Assembly (NCBI GenBank): GCA_963782915.1 | Contig: CAWALK010000019.1 | Span: 64,001 to 128,000, forward strand | Source of the DNA: an uncultured archaeon | GTDB taxonomy: Archaea > Thermoproteota > Bathyarchaeia > Bathyarchaeales > Bathycorpusculaceae | Direction of reading: 5' to 3' | Length of the DNA: 64,000 bases | Shown here: positions 10,425-20,791 of the stretch, piece by piece | Layout: every line of letters starts with the position of its first letter | Numbering within the stretch: position 1 is the stretch's first letter | Notes under the pieces: model-generated | Seen by the model: only the letters and a program-made list of their open reading frames with translations | Told to the model about the DNA's origin: nothing | Database searches by the model: none | Translations under genes and position numbers: made by a program

Positions 10425-11723
10425 TTGACCATTTTTTTCGAGAGGATTTCAGGTAAGCTTAAGACTGCCCTATCTGGAATACCAAAAGACGCCAGAGATG
10501 AGTATAGGCAATTCTTTTTCCGCTCCGATATCACTCAAGCAAGAATCGTTATTTTTTTACTTGCTGTTGCTGTTGCGCTTTTTGGTATTAGCGATTACCC
10601 TTTTTTAGGATTATCCCTTGAATTTTTTGTACTTGAAAATCTTAAGGTTAAGCCTTGTGGTTTACTCTTTTTTTCAGGTAATTTGGTTAAATCATTCGCG
10701 TAATTACCGCTTATATGATAGGTCCATTTTCTTTTACTTGCTCGTCTTTATCCTGTTTAGTTTACTTGTAGCCGCTACTCGCCCTGAAGGTTTTGTGGTA
10801 CAATCAATCATTGTTGGAATAAGCATATTCGTATTTTATCTTTCGATACCAACACGGTTCCTAAATCAAGCAATACTATCAACCATCTACACTGTAGGCG
10901 AAATAGTGCTACTGCTATTAACAGTGCAACAGTCTGCAGCAATGGATGTTTCAGTTGTTCTTTCTGTTTTGTTATTCGCTAACGTGATTGCAGCATTTAC
11001 TTCTTGGCAATTCAATAATTATCGGTGGCTGTTTTTCAAGGACCTCAAAGAACGCAAGAAAAGCGAACGCTTTGTCGTTATCGGTCAAACCGCGGGGATG
11101 GTTGGGCATGATATCCGTAATCCCCTGCAGGCTATTACGAGTGATTTGTATCTTGATTGAGGAAGAATTGAAGAATAATCCCCAGTGTACAAGTGAAGAT
11201 ATAGCTGAAAGCATTAACTCGATCAACGAGAACATTGCTTATATTAACAAGATAGTTAGTGATTTGCAGGATTACACAAGAACGCTCACATTAAATCCGA
11301 CTGATGTTAACTTAGGGCGCTTTTTTCAGATGCAACTAGCGATTGTACCACCTACGATAGATATCCAATTGAATACTCCATGAGGACTTAACGATAAGAA
11401 CAGACGCCACTTATCTCAAGCGGATAATGACTAATCTTGTTATTAATGCAGTGCAGGCGATGCCAAATGGCGGAAAAATCACTATATCCGCGGTTGTGGA
11501 GGCGGGCAGGGTACTGATCAGCGTAGCCGATACGGGTGTAGGTATTCCTGAAGAGATCAAACCTAACCTGTTTAAGCCGATGTTTACTACTAAAGCGAAG
11601 GGTCAGGGGCTTGGTTTAGCGGTTGTTAAACGGTTGGTGGAAGCCCTGAACGGTTCTATCTCTTTTGAGAGTGAAGTTGGAAAAGGCTCAAAATTTACTG
11701 TTTCACTACCCCTTACGAGCTAG
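10425..11723 (+). CDS. Membrane-bound sensor histidine kinase, split over 4 ORFs by frameshifts
   Basis: TM sensor region, GHDIRNPLQ, NAVQAMPNGG, DTGVGI, GQGLGL in consecutive frames. Confidence 0.8.
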
Positions 11724-11733
11724 CCAATTTTGG

Positions 11734-12000
11734 TTTATATAAGGGGAAGGGGGTAGCTGGCAGAGCAACAGAGAAGCCCTTTTTATTCTATATATAAGGG
11801 AGGGGGTAGGTGCTCTGAGGTAGGTCCTGCCTTTTCGCCTAACCGTTTGGTCTTGGCACAACCGCCTATTAACCCTGCAAATTCGCCTGCAAACGCATAA
11901 ACCTCAACCCCAAAAACCAACAAACGCTCGATAATGCTTGCTTTTCTTCTGCATCCCTTTAGCCTATAAATAGAGGGGGGATAGGCTGCAGAGAGCAAAA
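11734..12000 (+). repeat. Three nearby copies of the dispersed TATAWAAGGGAGGGG motif
   Basis: Copies at ~11734, ~11789 and ~11961, e.g. TATATAAGGGAGGGGGTAGGTGCTCTGAGG. Confidence 0.7.
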
Positions 12001-12079
12001 GCTTGTTTTGTCGGGTTTGCTTGCGTAGCTTTTTATAAGGCAAAACACCAATACATGCCAAGCAAGGTGCCAAAAAATC

Positions 12080-13126
12080 ATGCCCAAAGTCAAAGTAGCC
12101 CTAATCGGCGTGGGAAACTGCGCCTCATCATTCATCCAAGGCATCCAATATTACACAAACACAAAAGAGAGCAACGTTGGATTACGCAACCCAACACTCG
12201 CAGGCTTAACACCCAAAGATATCGAGGTGGTTGCAGCATTCGACGTTGACGCCCACAAAGTCGGCAAAGACCTCTCAGAAGCGATTTTTGCAGCCCCAAA
12301 CAATGCACCCAAAGTCTGCGACATCGCAGCAATGGGCGTCAAAGTCGCCAAAGGTCCACTGCTAGACGGAGTCGGCAACAGTACAAAAGCGCTTATCGAA
12401 GTAAGCAAAGAAGCCGACGCAAACGTCGCCCAAATCCTCATATCTTCACATGCAGAAATCGTCATTAATTTACTGCCAAGCGGCGCAGCCAATGCTACAC
12501 GGTTCTACGCGATGCAAGCCATAGCGGCTGGCTGCGGATTCATCAACGCAACACCCACCTTTGTCGCAAGTGACCCTTCAATTGCACTGCAATTCGAAGA
12601 TGCGAATTTACCCCTTGTAGGCGACGATTTAGTTGACCAAATCGGCTCAACCCAACTTCACAAAACCCTACTAAAGCTACTTAGCGACAGCGGCGTACAC
12701 ATCAACGAAACCTACCAACTCGACGTCGGCGGAGGAAACGAATCCGTAGACACACTCGACCGCACAAGAGACGCCAAACGCACAATCAAAACAGAATCAG
12801 TCGCCTCAGCACTACCATACAAAACCGAAATCGTCGCAGGCTCAACCGACTACGTAGACTTCCTACAAAACAAGCGTGACAGCTACTTCTGGATCGCTGG
12901 CTCATACTTCTGCAATACACCACTAAAAATCGACCTTAAATTCCAAACAGTCGATGCACCAAACGCAGGCTCAGTCCTCTTCGACATGGTTCGCGCAGTA
13001 AAGTTGGCGTTAACTAAAAAGCAGGGCGGTGCGATTGAAGCGATATGTGCTTATGGGTTTAAGCGTCCGCCACAGATGGTTTCGATAGAGACCGCGGAAG
13101 AAGCTTTTGCGAAATTCGTCGCTTAA
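12080..13126 (+). CDS. ino1: Myo-inositol-1-phosphate synthase
   Basis: IGVGNCASS, VAAFDVD..KVGKDLSEAIF, VGDD, DAPNAG, AYGFKRPP. Confidence 0.9.
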   Translation: MPKVKVALIGVGNCASSFIQGIQYYTNTKESNVGLRNPTLAGLTPKDIEVVAAFDVDAHKVGKDLSEAIFAAPNNAPKVCDIAAMGVKVAKGPLLDGVGNSTKALIEVSKEADANVAQILISSHAEIVINLLPSGAANATRFYAMQAIAAGCGFINATPTFVASDPSIALQFEDANLPLVGDDLVDQIGSTQLHKTLLKLLSDSGVHINETYQLDVGGGNESVDTLDRTRDAKRTIKTESVASALPYKTEIVAGSTDYVDFLQNKRDSYFWIAGSYFCNTPLKIDLKFQTVDAPNAGSVLFDMVRAVKLALTKKQGGAIEAICAYGFKRPPQMVSIETAEEAFAKFVA

Positions 13127-13241
13127 TTCTTCTGTTTTCTTTTTACTTTCTTTTCGGTTTTAACACTAATTTTTGGTCAAATACCAAAATACCAAAAAAG
13201 CCAAAGAAAAGAACGCCTAAAAAATTAAGGATCTTTTTAGC

Positions 13242-14342
13242 TTAAAGCTCATCAAGCTCGGCTAATATTTTATCTCTAATCCCATTCTGCTTTAACGTCT
13301 CTTTCAAGAAGTTGATACTTCTAACAGGCGTTGGATCAACACCACGCACAACCGCCAAGTAAACACTAATGAAATCGCCTATGACCACCGTTGAAATCAT
13401 TTTGGCTAAGATGCTTTTGCCCTGCATATACAAATCAAACATGATTATGCCCGAGCGTTCCATGATTGCTTTGGTTGTGTCGATGCGGCACTCAATTGCA
13501 AGCGGCTCATTTTCCATGCGTAAGATAATAACTGAGAACCATTTACCCAATTCGCCCCTTGTTTCCCAACCCACTATTTCGTTATGGTTAAGTTCGGGGA
13601 AGTATTCCCATTTCGCAGGGGATTTGCTGTTCTCGTTAAATTGCTGCTTAAACCGCTGTGCAACCGCACGGTAAGAACCAAAACCATACACCACAGGAGC
13701 AGAATCACAGATGTTATGCGCTATATTCTTCGCACAACTTTCGTTGACTGGCTTATCGGGCCCGTTTTCAACGCAGATTTTATCAAGAAGAGTAAATGTT
13801 TCCTCTAAGTCTTCAGTTACTCCTTTAACTAAGCCTGCTTTCTCCATTAAAACAAGCATAGGCACAAACATGTAGGGTAAGGCTGCACGAGGAGGCATAC
13901 CCGCTGGCACAACTAAATATGGCACCTTATGCTTTTTAGCGTATTTTAAAACTGCGCCACCGCTGGTTACACAGAAAATCATACATTGCCGTCTAAGCGC
14001 ATCAAGGAACGATGCGAGCGATTCTTCTGTGTCCCCCGAGTAACTCATCAAGAGGACCAAAGTTTTTTTATCTGCATACTCAGGCAAAAAGTATTCCCTG
14101 TTAACCTCAATGGGCACGGACAATTTGTTCCTAACATAATCTTTGAGTAAATCTCCGCCAATGGCTGAGCCACCCATACCCACAACGATAATGTTATCCG
14201 GTTGAGGAAAATCGACTTTGATTTTTTTGGCTAATTCAGCGGCAGTACGGTAATGTTTTGGTGCATCAATACAGAAATTCAGCATCCCGTCTTTATCCAC
14301 CGAACGTATCTTTTCCATGTCATCTAAAAGAGGTTTGTTCAC
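13242..14342 (-). CDS. Bifunctional phosphoglucose/phosphomannose isomerase
   Basis: SIS domain GMGGSAIGGD, SYSGDTEE, PRAA, QFNENSK, PELNHNEI, GVDPTPV. Confidence 0.92.
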   Translation of the reverse strand: MNKPLLDDMEKIRSVDKDGMLNFCIDAPKHYRTAAELAKKIKVDFPQPDNIIVVGMGGSAIGGDLLKDYVRNKLSVPIEVNREYFLPEYADKKTLVLLMSYSGDTEESLASFLDALRRQCMIFCVTSGGAVLKYAKKHKVPYLVVPAGMPPRAALPYMFVPMLVLMEKAGLVKGVTEDLEETFTLLDKICVENGPDKPVNESCAKNIAHNICDSAPVVYGFGSYRAVAQRFKQQFNENSKSPAKWEYFPELNHNEIVGWETRGELGKWFSVIILRMENEPLAIECRIDTTKAIMERSGIIMFDLYMQGKSILAKMISTVVIGDFISVYLAVVRGVDPTPVRSINFLKETLKQNGIRDKILAELDEL

Positions 14343-14435
14343 GTATTGGGTCCTCCTTATCGACCCGTATTTTTATATCTCAATCCCGCCTTTTAAGCAC
14401 ACCGCAGACGAGCAAGCATCAAGGACCGTAATAAA

Positions 14436-15288
14436 ATGAATAAGAAGCTTTCAATCGCTATTCCAGCATCCGTAATCTCGGAAACGCCCCATTTACGCGA
14501 GAAAACCTCAAAAATTGGTGCCATCGCGCGTTCAGCAGCGATTTTTCGAGTGAACGAAATCATAGTTTACCCAGACAACACAAAAATGGACCAACGCATG
14601 GACTTAGACTTCATCGCTTTGCTCCTTAACTATCTGGAGACGCCTCAGTACCTGCGCAAAGCGCTCTTCAAGTTGGAACCCGACTTGCAGTATGCCGGTA
14701 TATTGCCGCCACTACGCACGCCCCATCATCCAGTAAGCGGCAAAACTAAGCACTTGAAAGTGGGCGAATACCGCGAAGGCATAGTCGTCTCTGAACGCAA
14801 AGAGGGTTTAGTGGTGGATATCGGAGTTCAACAGCCCGCGTTGTTGAGGCAGAAACAGTTTGCTATGGGCGAACGGTTGACGCTACAAGTAGTTAACATA
14901 GGTGACAACATTGAAGTACAGCCGGTAAGCCGCGATGACGTGCCACAGTACTGGGGTTACACGGTTAGAGTTGAGAAGCGCTCCTTTGGGCAACTAATTA
15001 ACGATGCCGAATTCGATTTGAGGATTGCAACAGCACGCATAGGCGACAACTTCAAAGACGTCGCAGGCAGCATGGGCAAACGCTGGGTTGAAAGCAGCCA
15101 CATCTTGGTTGCGTTTGGTGCACCTTCACGTGGACTCCACGAAATCGTTGAAGACGAACGTCGTAAAATTGGCTGATTTGGCGGATTTCATCGTAAACAC
15201 TGTTCCAAATCAAGGCACTGCCACTGTCCGCGCGGAAGAAGCGCTTTTGGCTACGTTAGCTGTTTTCAACGTGCATTTCCAATATTAA
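14436..15288 (+). CDS. SPOUT-family RNA methyltransferase (DUF171/MTH1-like), C-terminal frameshift
   Basis: ARSAAIFRVNEI, YLETPQYLRK, AGILPPLRTPHH, FGAPSRG; NTVPNQGTATVRAEEA lies in the next frame. Confidence 0.88.
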
Positions 15289-15332
15289 CCATCCTTCCCG
15301 CCGTTTCTTGGGGCATTTTGGTAAAGGCATAA

Positions 15333-16529
15333 ATGCATCTTTCCGTTAACTTTGAGACTATGCCAGCTCTAGACTTAGCCATGCCAATTGCACTTCTAAT
15401 TACAATCGTTATTGCCATGTTCCTAAACAAGCGCGTGGAAGGCAAATTGATGGCGACGGTCGAGGAGAAAGAATTCAAAACACGCGACATTCTCTTGCTC
15501 GTTGTCTTCATCGCTGTAATGATTTCAGTTATCGCTTACACGTCAATAATTAATCCAGGCGGTATAACCCAGAATATTCTGCTGGTACTATTCCTCTCAT
15601 CATACACTATGTTGCTCTTCACATTCAGCTATGTATTCTCGAATTTGAGTAAAGTTCGCGCGCAATTGCTCTCTGTCGGCTTCGGCACCGTTGGCTTAGT
15701 TGCCGGATTAGCCAGTTTCCTTGCGCCACTCACAGATTCCTACACAATTTATCGGGCGGCAGCATTCTTTATCGTGTCAGCATTCTGTTTTGGCGCAGCC
15801 GTTTATGAACAGAAAAAAGCTGCAGCGCCAGTTAAAAAGGGCAGATGGTACCTTGCGGTTCAGCCAGCAGCAATTTTCATCTTGCTCTTCATATTCTTCA
15901 ACTTCCTCTATGGCGGAAGCGTGGAAATCTGGCAACCGTACCTTATGGATGTCTTCGGTTTCACGTTTGCCATACTAATCATTCTCTATCTATCTTCGAT
16001 GTTTACTTGGAAAACTGTAGGCCTCTTTGCAGCGCTCTTAACGATTCTGGATATTATCCTTGTTATCGGTACTGGTACCATGGTTACTGCAGCTCACCAA
16101 TTTACCGGACTTGGTTTGCCTGTACTGGTTTACTTACCAAACGTACCATTCCTATACTCAGCAGAGGGCACTATGCTAAACAGAGGTCTTGGTTTAGGAG
16201 ACTTCTTCTTTGCAGGCATACTCTTGATTCAAACTTACAAGAAATTCGGCCAAAAAACCGCATTAATCTCTGCGGTTGCAATGGCAGTTGCGTTTGGCAT
16301 CTGGGAAGCATTCTTGGGTGACATCTTGGCGGCGCTTGAACCCATTGTCGGCAGAAACATCGGCGGATTCCCGGGAACTTTGATGATTATCAGCGGCTGG
16401 ATACCTGTCGTAGTGATTAAACTGTTATTGGACAGAAAGAACAAACCCCAGCACCACCAATCCAGACCTCGCCTGAGGTTCCTGAGAATCCAAGTTTGCC
16501 CGTACAGTAATCTACATTTTTTTGAATAA
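15333..16529 (+). CDS. Presenilin/signal-peptide-peptidase-like intramembrane aspartyl protease
   Basis: Multi-TM; LTILDIILV (first Asp), GLGLGDF (GxGD), FPGT (PAL-like). Confidence 0.7.
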   Translation: MHLSVNFETMPALDLAMPIALLITIVIAMFLNKRVEGKLMATVEEKEFKTRDILLLVVFIAVMISVIAYTSIINPGGITQNILLVLFLSSYTMLLFTFSYVFSNLSKVRAQLLSVGFGTVGLVAGLASFLAPLTDSYTIYRAAAFFIVSAFCFGAAVYEQKKAAAPVKKGRWYLAVQPAAIFILLFIFFNFLYGGSVEIWQPYLMDVFGFTFAILIILYLSSMFTWKTVGLFAALLTILDIILVIGTGTMVTAAHQFTGLGLPVLVYLPNVPFLYSAEGTMLNRGLGLGDFFFAGILLIQTYKKFGQKTALISAVAMAVAFGIWEAFLGDILAALEPIVGRNIGGFPGTLMIISGWIPVVVIKLLLDRKNKPQHHQSRPRLRFLRIQVCPYSNLHFFE

Positions 16530-16557
16530 CCAGTTACTTTTTTTTTCAAGTAATCGG

Positions 16558-16856
16558 CTGTTTTTGTTTAGTTCTTGTTGCCTAAAAGCCCCTATACACA
16601 ACAACATCCAGCGGACTTGTGTGCAGCGGCTGTTTTGATGTTGGCCGGTTTTGCTGGTTGCAGGCTGATTGTGCAATAAACCGCAAGCAGATCAAAGAAA
16701 GGCTGAGATCTTTTGCTCTCAGTGACCTGCCCCTCCCTTATTTATAGGCTCAACAACTGCCTAGCGGGGTGCTTGGGGATTGTATGGGTGCACTCTTTCA
16801 GTTCGGGCGGTTATGGGGTTGTTGGGTTCGGAGGTATTTTTGTTTGCAGTTGTTTT
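16558..16856. repeat. ~300 bp dispersed intergenic repeat, copy A
   Basis: Colinear with 23628-23922; shared blocks such as CCCCTCCCTTATTTATAGGCTC, ACAACTGCCTA, GGATTGTATG, TGTTTGCAGTTGTTTT. Confidence 0.85.
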
Positions 16857-16981
16857 CAACTATAAGTAAACTTGAGGTGCTTAAACCAAACAACAATCCA
16901 TCGACAAATAGCGTCTTCGCTAAGTATTTAATTAAAGTTAAAAGATTTGGGAAAAATTGGTTAAAAATAATTGAGGCTTAT

Positions 16982-17297
16982 TTACCCGAATAGGGCGCCT
17001 AATCCTTCTAGTGCTGCTTCTTCCTTGGCTTTTTCTTCTTCTGCTTTCTTCTTCTTGTCTTCTGGAGCTGCTGCTGGATTTAGTTTCTGCTGCGGCTGCG
17101 ACTGGGGCTGCTGCCATCATGGTTGGTGCTGCTTTGATTGCTTCCTCAATGTTAACTTCACTGAGTGATGCAACTAGAGCTTTAACTTGGATTTCGTCAA
17201 CTTTAATGCCTGCTGCTTCGAGAACTTTAGTTACTGATGCTTCGTTGATTTCTTTACCTGCCTTGTGAAGGAGCATTGCTGCGTAAATGTTTTCCAT
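16982..17297 (-). CDS. rpl12: 50S ribosomal protein P1/L12, frameshifted in the assembly
   Basis: [19 protein letters not shown]; C-terminus [13 protein letters not shown] in another frame (stop 16982-16984). Confidence 0.95.
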
Positions 17298-17566
17298 ACC
17301 TTTTCACCTCTTCATCGGACTATTTTAACCTTTTTAGTAGACCCGCATCCCTTGGACGCTGATCGTTACCTGAATTGGCATTTGATAGTGCCGATTTCTT
17401 GCCGTTTAGAAGAATACTATATGCCTTATGAACCTTTCGTCAATGTAGGACTGAAGTGCCAATCGTTTGCTTTACATGGCGCATCCAAATAAAAAACCGC
17501 GCCAGATTGGTAAGGCTTATCTTTAGGCGAAGCCCACAATGCGGATAACTCACAGGTTATGATAAT

Positions 17567-18526
17567 ATGGGAAACATCACTGTCGCCGTTTTAGGCGCGC
17601 TCGGATACGCTGGAGGAATCGGCAAAAAAGGCACCTCCACAGACATAACTCTCTATGACCTCAAAAAAGGCGAAGCCACAATAACCATGATTGAACCCTC
17701 ACGCTACCCCGAACGGCTCGCACCACTATTCTATGCATGCGCATTAGCCACCAAAGCCATTGTTGTTGTTGATGCATTAAACGCCGAGTTTGGCGAGCAA
17801 CTGGTCATGCTGCAATGTAGCGGTATTAAAAGTGGCTATTTTGTGCTCCGAAATTACATTCCTAAAGAGAAAATCGAGCCTCTCATAAAAGGTACCAGCA
17901 TTGAAGGCTTCGAATTTATGAATGATGATGCCACAGTGTTGCGAGAGAAACTTCTCGCCGAAGCTGCTCAAATAAAACCCGTCGAAGGGGAAGCGGTTGG
18001 AACAGTACCAGTTGACCACGCTTTCAACGTAAAAGGTGTCGGTGTAGTTATTCTTGGCATAGTTGTTAACGGGTCAGTAGTGAAACATGCAAAACTCAAG
18101 GCGTTGCCCAGCTCCAAAGTTGCTGAAGTACGTTCTATCCAAAAGCACGATGACGAATTCGAAACCGCAAGCTATGGTGACCGCGTAGGATTCGCTCTTA
18201 AAAACGTCGAAGTGGAAGATGTTGACCGCGGTGTAGTTTTAACCAACGACCCAGCCGTTAAAACCGCAAATAAACTGCAAACTACTGCGTCGCTGGTGAA
18301 GTATTGGCAGACTCCCCTTAAGGAGGGTATGGTAATGCATGTTGGTCATTGGGCTCAATTCATCACCGCCAAAGTCGAAGCTGCATCTGAGGGCGGAGAC
18401 TTCAGAAAACCAAGCCTCACATTGGCGTTGGATAAGCCGTTGGTTTATCGTGCGGGCGATAAGGCAGTGTTGATGTATTTGGAAGGCGCTAAGTTGCGCG
18501 TTGCAGGAACAATCGAGCTGCCATAG
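17567..18526 (+). CDS. EF-Tu/SelB-like protein with degenerate G domain
   Basis: GKKGTSTDIT; domain II VDHAFNVKGVGVVILG, VRSIQKHD, GDRVGFALK, DVDRG. Confidence 0.8.
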   Translation: MGNITVAVLGALGYAGGIGKKGTSTDITLYDLKKGEATITMIEPSRYPERLAPLFYACALATKAIVVVDALNAEFGEQLVMLQCSGIKSGYFVLRNYIPKEKIEPLIKGTSIEGFEFMNDDATVLREKLLAEAAQIKPVEGEAVGTVPVDHAFNVKGVGVVILGIVVNGSVVKHAKLKALPSSKVAEVRSIQKHDDEFETASYGDRVGFALKNVEVEDVDRGVVLTNDPAVKTANKLQTTASLVKYWQTPLKEGMVMHVGHWAQFITAKVEAASEGGDFRKPSLTLALDKPLVYRAGDKAVLMYLEGAKLRVAGTIELP

Positions 18527-18730
18527 AGCAACATCTTTTTCATTTTCATTTGGTATTTTCGCCTGAATTACCGATTAAACCTAAACAAGGGTTTATTACA
18601 ATTCAATGCAAAGGCTGGGCTCCAGTGAAATAACCCGAAAGCCAAAAAAGACTCCAGCTTACACGCCATAAACCCACAATCGACGGCTAAGTTAAGGTTT
18701 GTTGGAGGCTTCGAGGGCAAGCTGTCTTAT

Positions 18731-19177
18731 TTGATTGCCTTCGCGGTTGTATATGGAGTAGTTTTCATCAACTACATCGACATAGCCTCTTCGGGAGCAA
18801 CAAGCGGCTACCACATGTGGCTAATCTTCATGTATTTCTTACCATTTGCGGGCTTATCGATCCTTAACCTAAAAAATTGGCCGCTCACCCTCGGATTAGG
18901 CTTAACCGCCTCACTAATGAACGACGTATTCTATGGCGGCATCAAGTACCTGTTTGGCATGCCCCTTAACATCAACTGGTACTATAGTAATTGGTTGATT
19001 CCACAAAATACCCATTTGTTTGATTTGAATTTAGGCTTCACTATAATGCCAGTTTACTCGTGGATGATGGCACTCTCAATTTACCTTCGAATCGCTATTA
19101 TAGCGGTTTTGCTGTGGCACTGGAAACGTACCCGAGAGCAAATAGACAAACGTCCGATTATAGGCATTTTTAAGTAG
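18731..19177 (+). CDS. Membrane protein
   Basis: About four hydrophobic segments. Confidence 0.65.
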   Translation: MIAFAVVYGVVFINYIDIASSGATSGYHMWLIFMYFLPFAGLSILNLKNWPLTLGLGLTASLMNDVFYGGIKYLFGMPLNINWYYSNWLIPQNTHLFDLNLGFTIMPVYSWMMALSIYLRIAIIAVLLWHWKRTREQIDKRPIIGIFK

Positions 19178-19270
19178 TGTAGGCGACCCCCTGTAGCATC
19201 GCTATTTATAATTGATTCAAAATAGTTTTCACAGGTAGTTTTTGAAACAAACAATAAAGAGATTTTTTGT

Positions 19271-19813
19271 ATGTCTACAACTAAACCTTCAGGAGCCTAC
19301 AGAGCATTAGAAATTATTCTGGGATTGATTGCGTTAGCGATTGGTGTTTTAGCACTTGTTTTTCCTACGGCTGTCGTTGTAACTTTAGTAGTGTTTTTTG
19401 GCATTGCACTGGTCATTATCGGTATTTTGCGGTTGGCGACTGCGGCATCTTCTAATTGGGCGGGTTCAACTCGTACAGCAAATGCAGTAATTGGCCTTAT
19501 AGCATTGATTATTGGGCTTGTAATTCTGTTTGTTCCATTCTTTGCCACTGATGTACTAGTGATTCTCATCGGGATCGGTTTACTAGTTTATGGCATAGGA
19601 CGAATCGCAGTCGGCGGCGCAGATCGCCATTTAAGCGGCGGATTACGAGGAATCCTCATAATAGTCGGTCTTCTCATCGTTGCCTTTGCTTTAATCATCA
19701 TATTCTTCCCAGTAATCGGCATCTACACCTACGCCTTCTTCGTCTCCATAGCATTCATCTTGATCGGCATCGAAGCCATAGCCTCAGGCATCGTCGGAAC
19801 AACACTCACCTAA
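19271..19813 (+). CDS. HdeD/DUF308 family membrane protein
   Basis: Six TM helices with repeated G-I-x-L-I-x-x-G pattern. Confidence 0.8.
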   Translation: MSTTKPSGAYRALEIILGLIALAIGVLALVFPTAVVVTLVVFFGIALVIIGILRLATAASSNWAGSTRTANAVIGLIALIIGLVILFVPFFATDVLVILIGIGLLVYGIGRIAVGGADRHLSGGLRGILIIVGLLIVAFALIIIFFPVIGIYTYAFFVSIAFILIGIEAIASGIVGTTLT

Positions 19814-19820
19814 TTCTCAA

Positions 19821-20468
19821 TCATGCCCATGCAAGATATGATCCAACAAGAAACAAAACACTAACAAAGCCCATAATGACGCCAAGTAACCAACGGTTTT
19901 TCCCAGCGACTTTTCCCAACTGAACACCATACCAAAATACCCAAGCAACCCCCAGAGTATTCGAAACAACCCATGCTACAATCTTATCAGGCAAGACTAG
20001 AAAAGGTAGCGCAAGTACGAAGCCAACAACCGCATAGATTCCTATGATGGATAACCAACCCATCAACTCCTTTTTTGTTAAAACTTGGTTTTTATCCACA
20101 GATGCGTCTGGAACGTGTACCATAATATCTCTAGCTATGGCGTCTTTACCTTTCTCATCAAAATTCGCCAAAAAAGTATCATCCAAATTATCCTTAACTA
20201 GCTGCAAAGTATTTTCACCCTTGAGGGATGCTTTCAATCCTATGAGCTTGTTTCTTAGGTTATTGCGTTCTAAGGAGCTAGAGATTGCATAGATTAAACC
20301 GTCGATGGTGCCCCATGCAAGGCATGCACCCAAATTAACGACTATAATATACTCAAAGCCTGTGTTGAGGTTGGATAATGCAACGTAGCCGTTGATGATT
20401 ATAACCATGAGAACTGCGAAGGCGACTTCACCGACTCGGTCCACAAAAGAAAGATATTTTGTGCGCAA
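19821..20468 (-). CDS. VIT1/CCC1-like membrane protein
   Basis: DRVGEVAFAVLM, GACLAWGTIDG, LALPFLV, C-terminal TMs. Confidence 0.55.
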   Translation of the reverse strand: MRTKYLSFVDRVGEVAFAVLMVIIINGYVALSNLNTGFEYIIVVNLGACLAWGTIDGLIYAISSSLERNNLRNKLIGLKASLKGENTLQLVKDNLDDTFLANFDEKGKDAIARDIMVHVPDASVDKNQVLTKKELMGWLSIIGIYAVVGFVLALPFLVLPDKIVAWVVSNTLGVAWVFWYGVQLGKVAGKNRWLLGVIMGFVSVLFLVGSYLAWA

Positions 20469-20571
20469 AAAATCACCACTAAACCTCTGTGGTGAAGCTG
20501 CAAATAACAGTTATGGAAAAAACGAAAAATAAAATTCAGTTTGTTTTCGCGTAAGCGATTATTATTTTGTG

Positions 20572-20727
20572 TTACACTCTGCTTTTGCTTCTAGCTTGCA
20601 CAAATCTGTATCGAGGGCACTCAACGCAGCCTTCATCTGTGCAATATAGAGCGATTTTTTCAGGGGGTTTAGCGGAGTTTTGGGTTGCACGACAGATTCT
20701 TTTTCTTGTTAGATATTTGCATGCCAT
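20572..20727 (-). CDS. 51-aa Cys-rich microprotein, not in ORF track
   Basis: MACKYLTRKRICRATQNSAKPPEKIALYCTDEGCVECPRYRFVQARSKSRV*; AGGTG SD-like motif upstream. Confidence 0.6.
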   Translation of the reverse strand: MACKYLTRKRICRATQNSAKPPEKIALYCTDEGCVECPRYRFVQARSKSRV

Positions 20728-20791
20728 AATTGACACCTAATATTTTTAACAAGTTCTAAAAAAATGAAAAAGGGGTGAGTGTTGTTTCACT

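Noticed and set aside
17567-18526. A true SelB implying selenocysteine decoding
   Set aside because: The G domain is degenerate, there is no SelB C-terminal extension, and no tRNA-Sec, selD or in-frame UGA selenoprotein is visible in the window.
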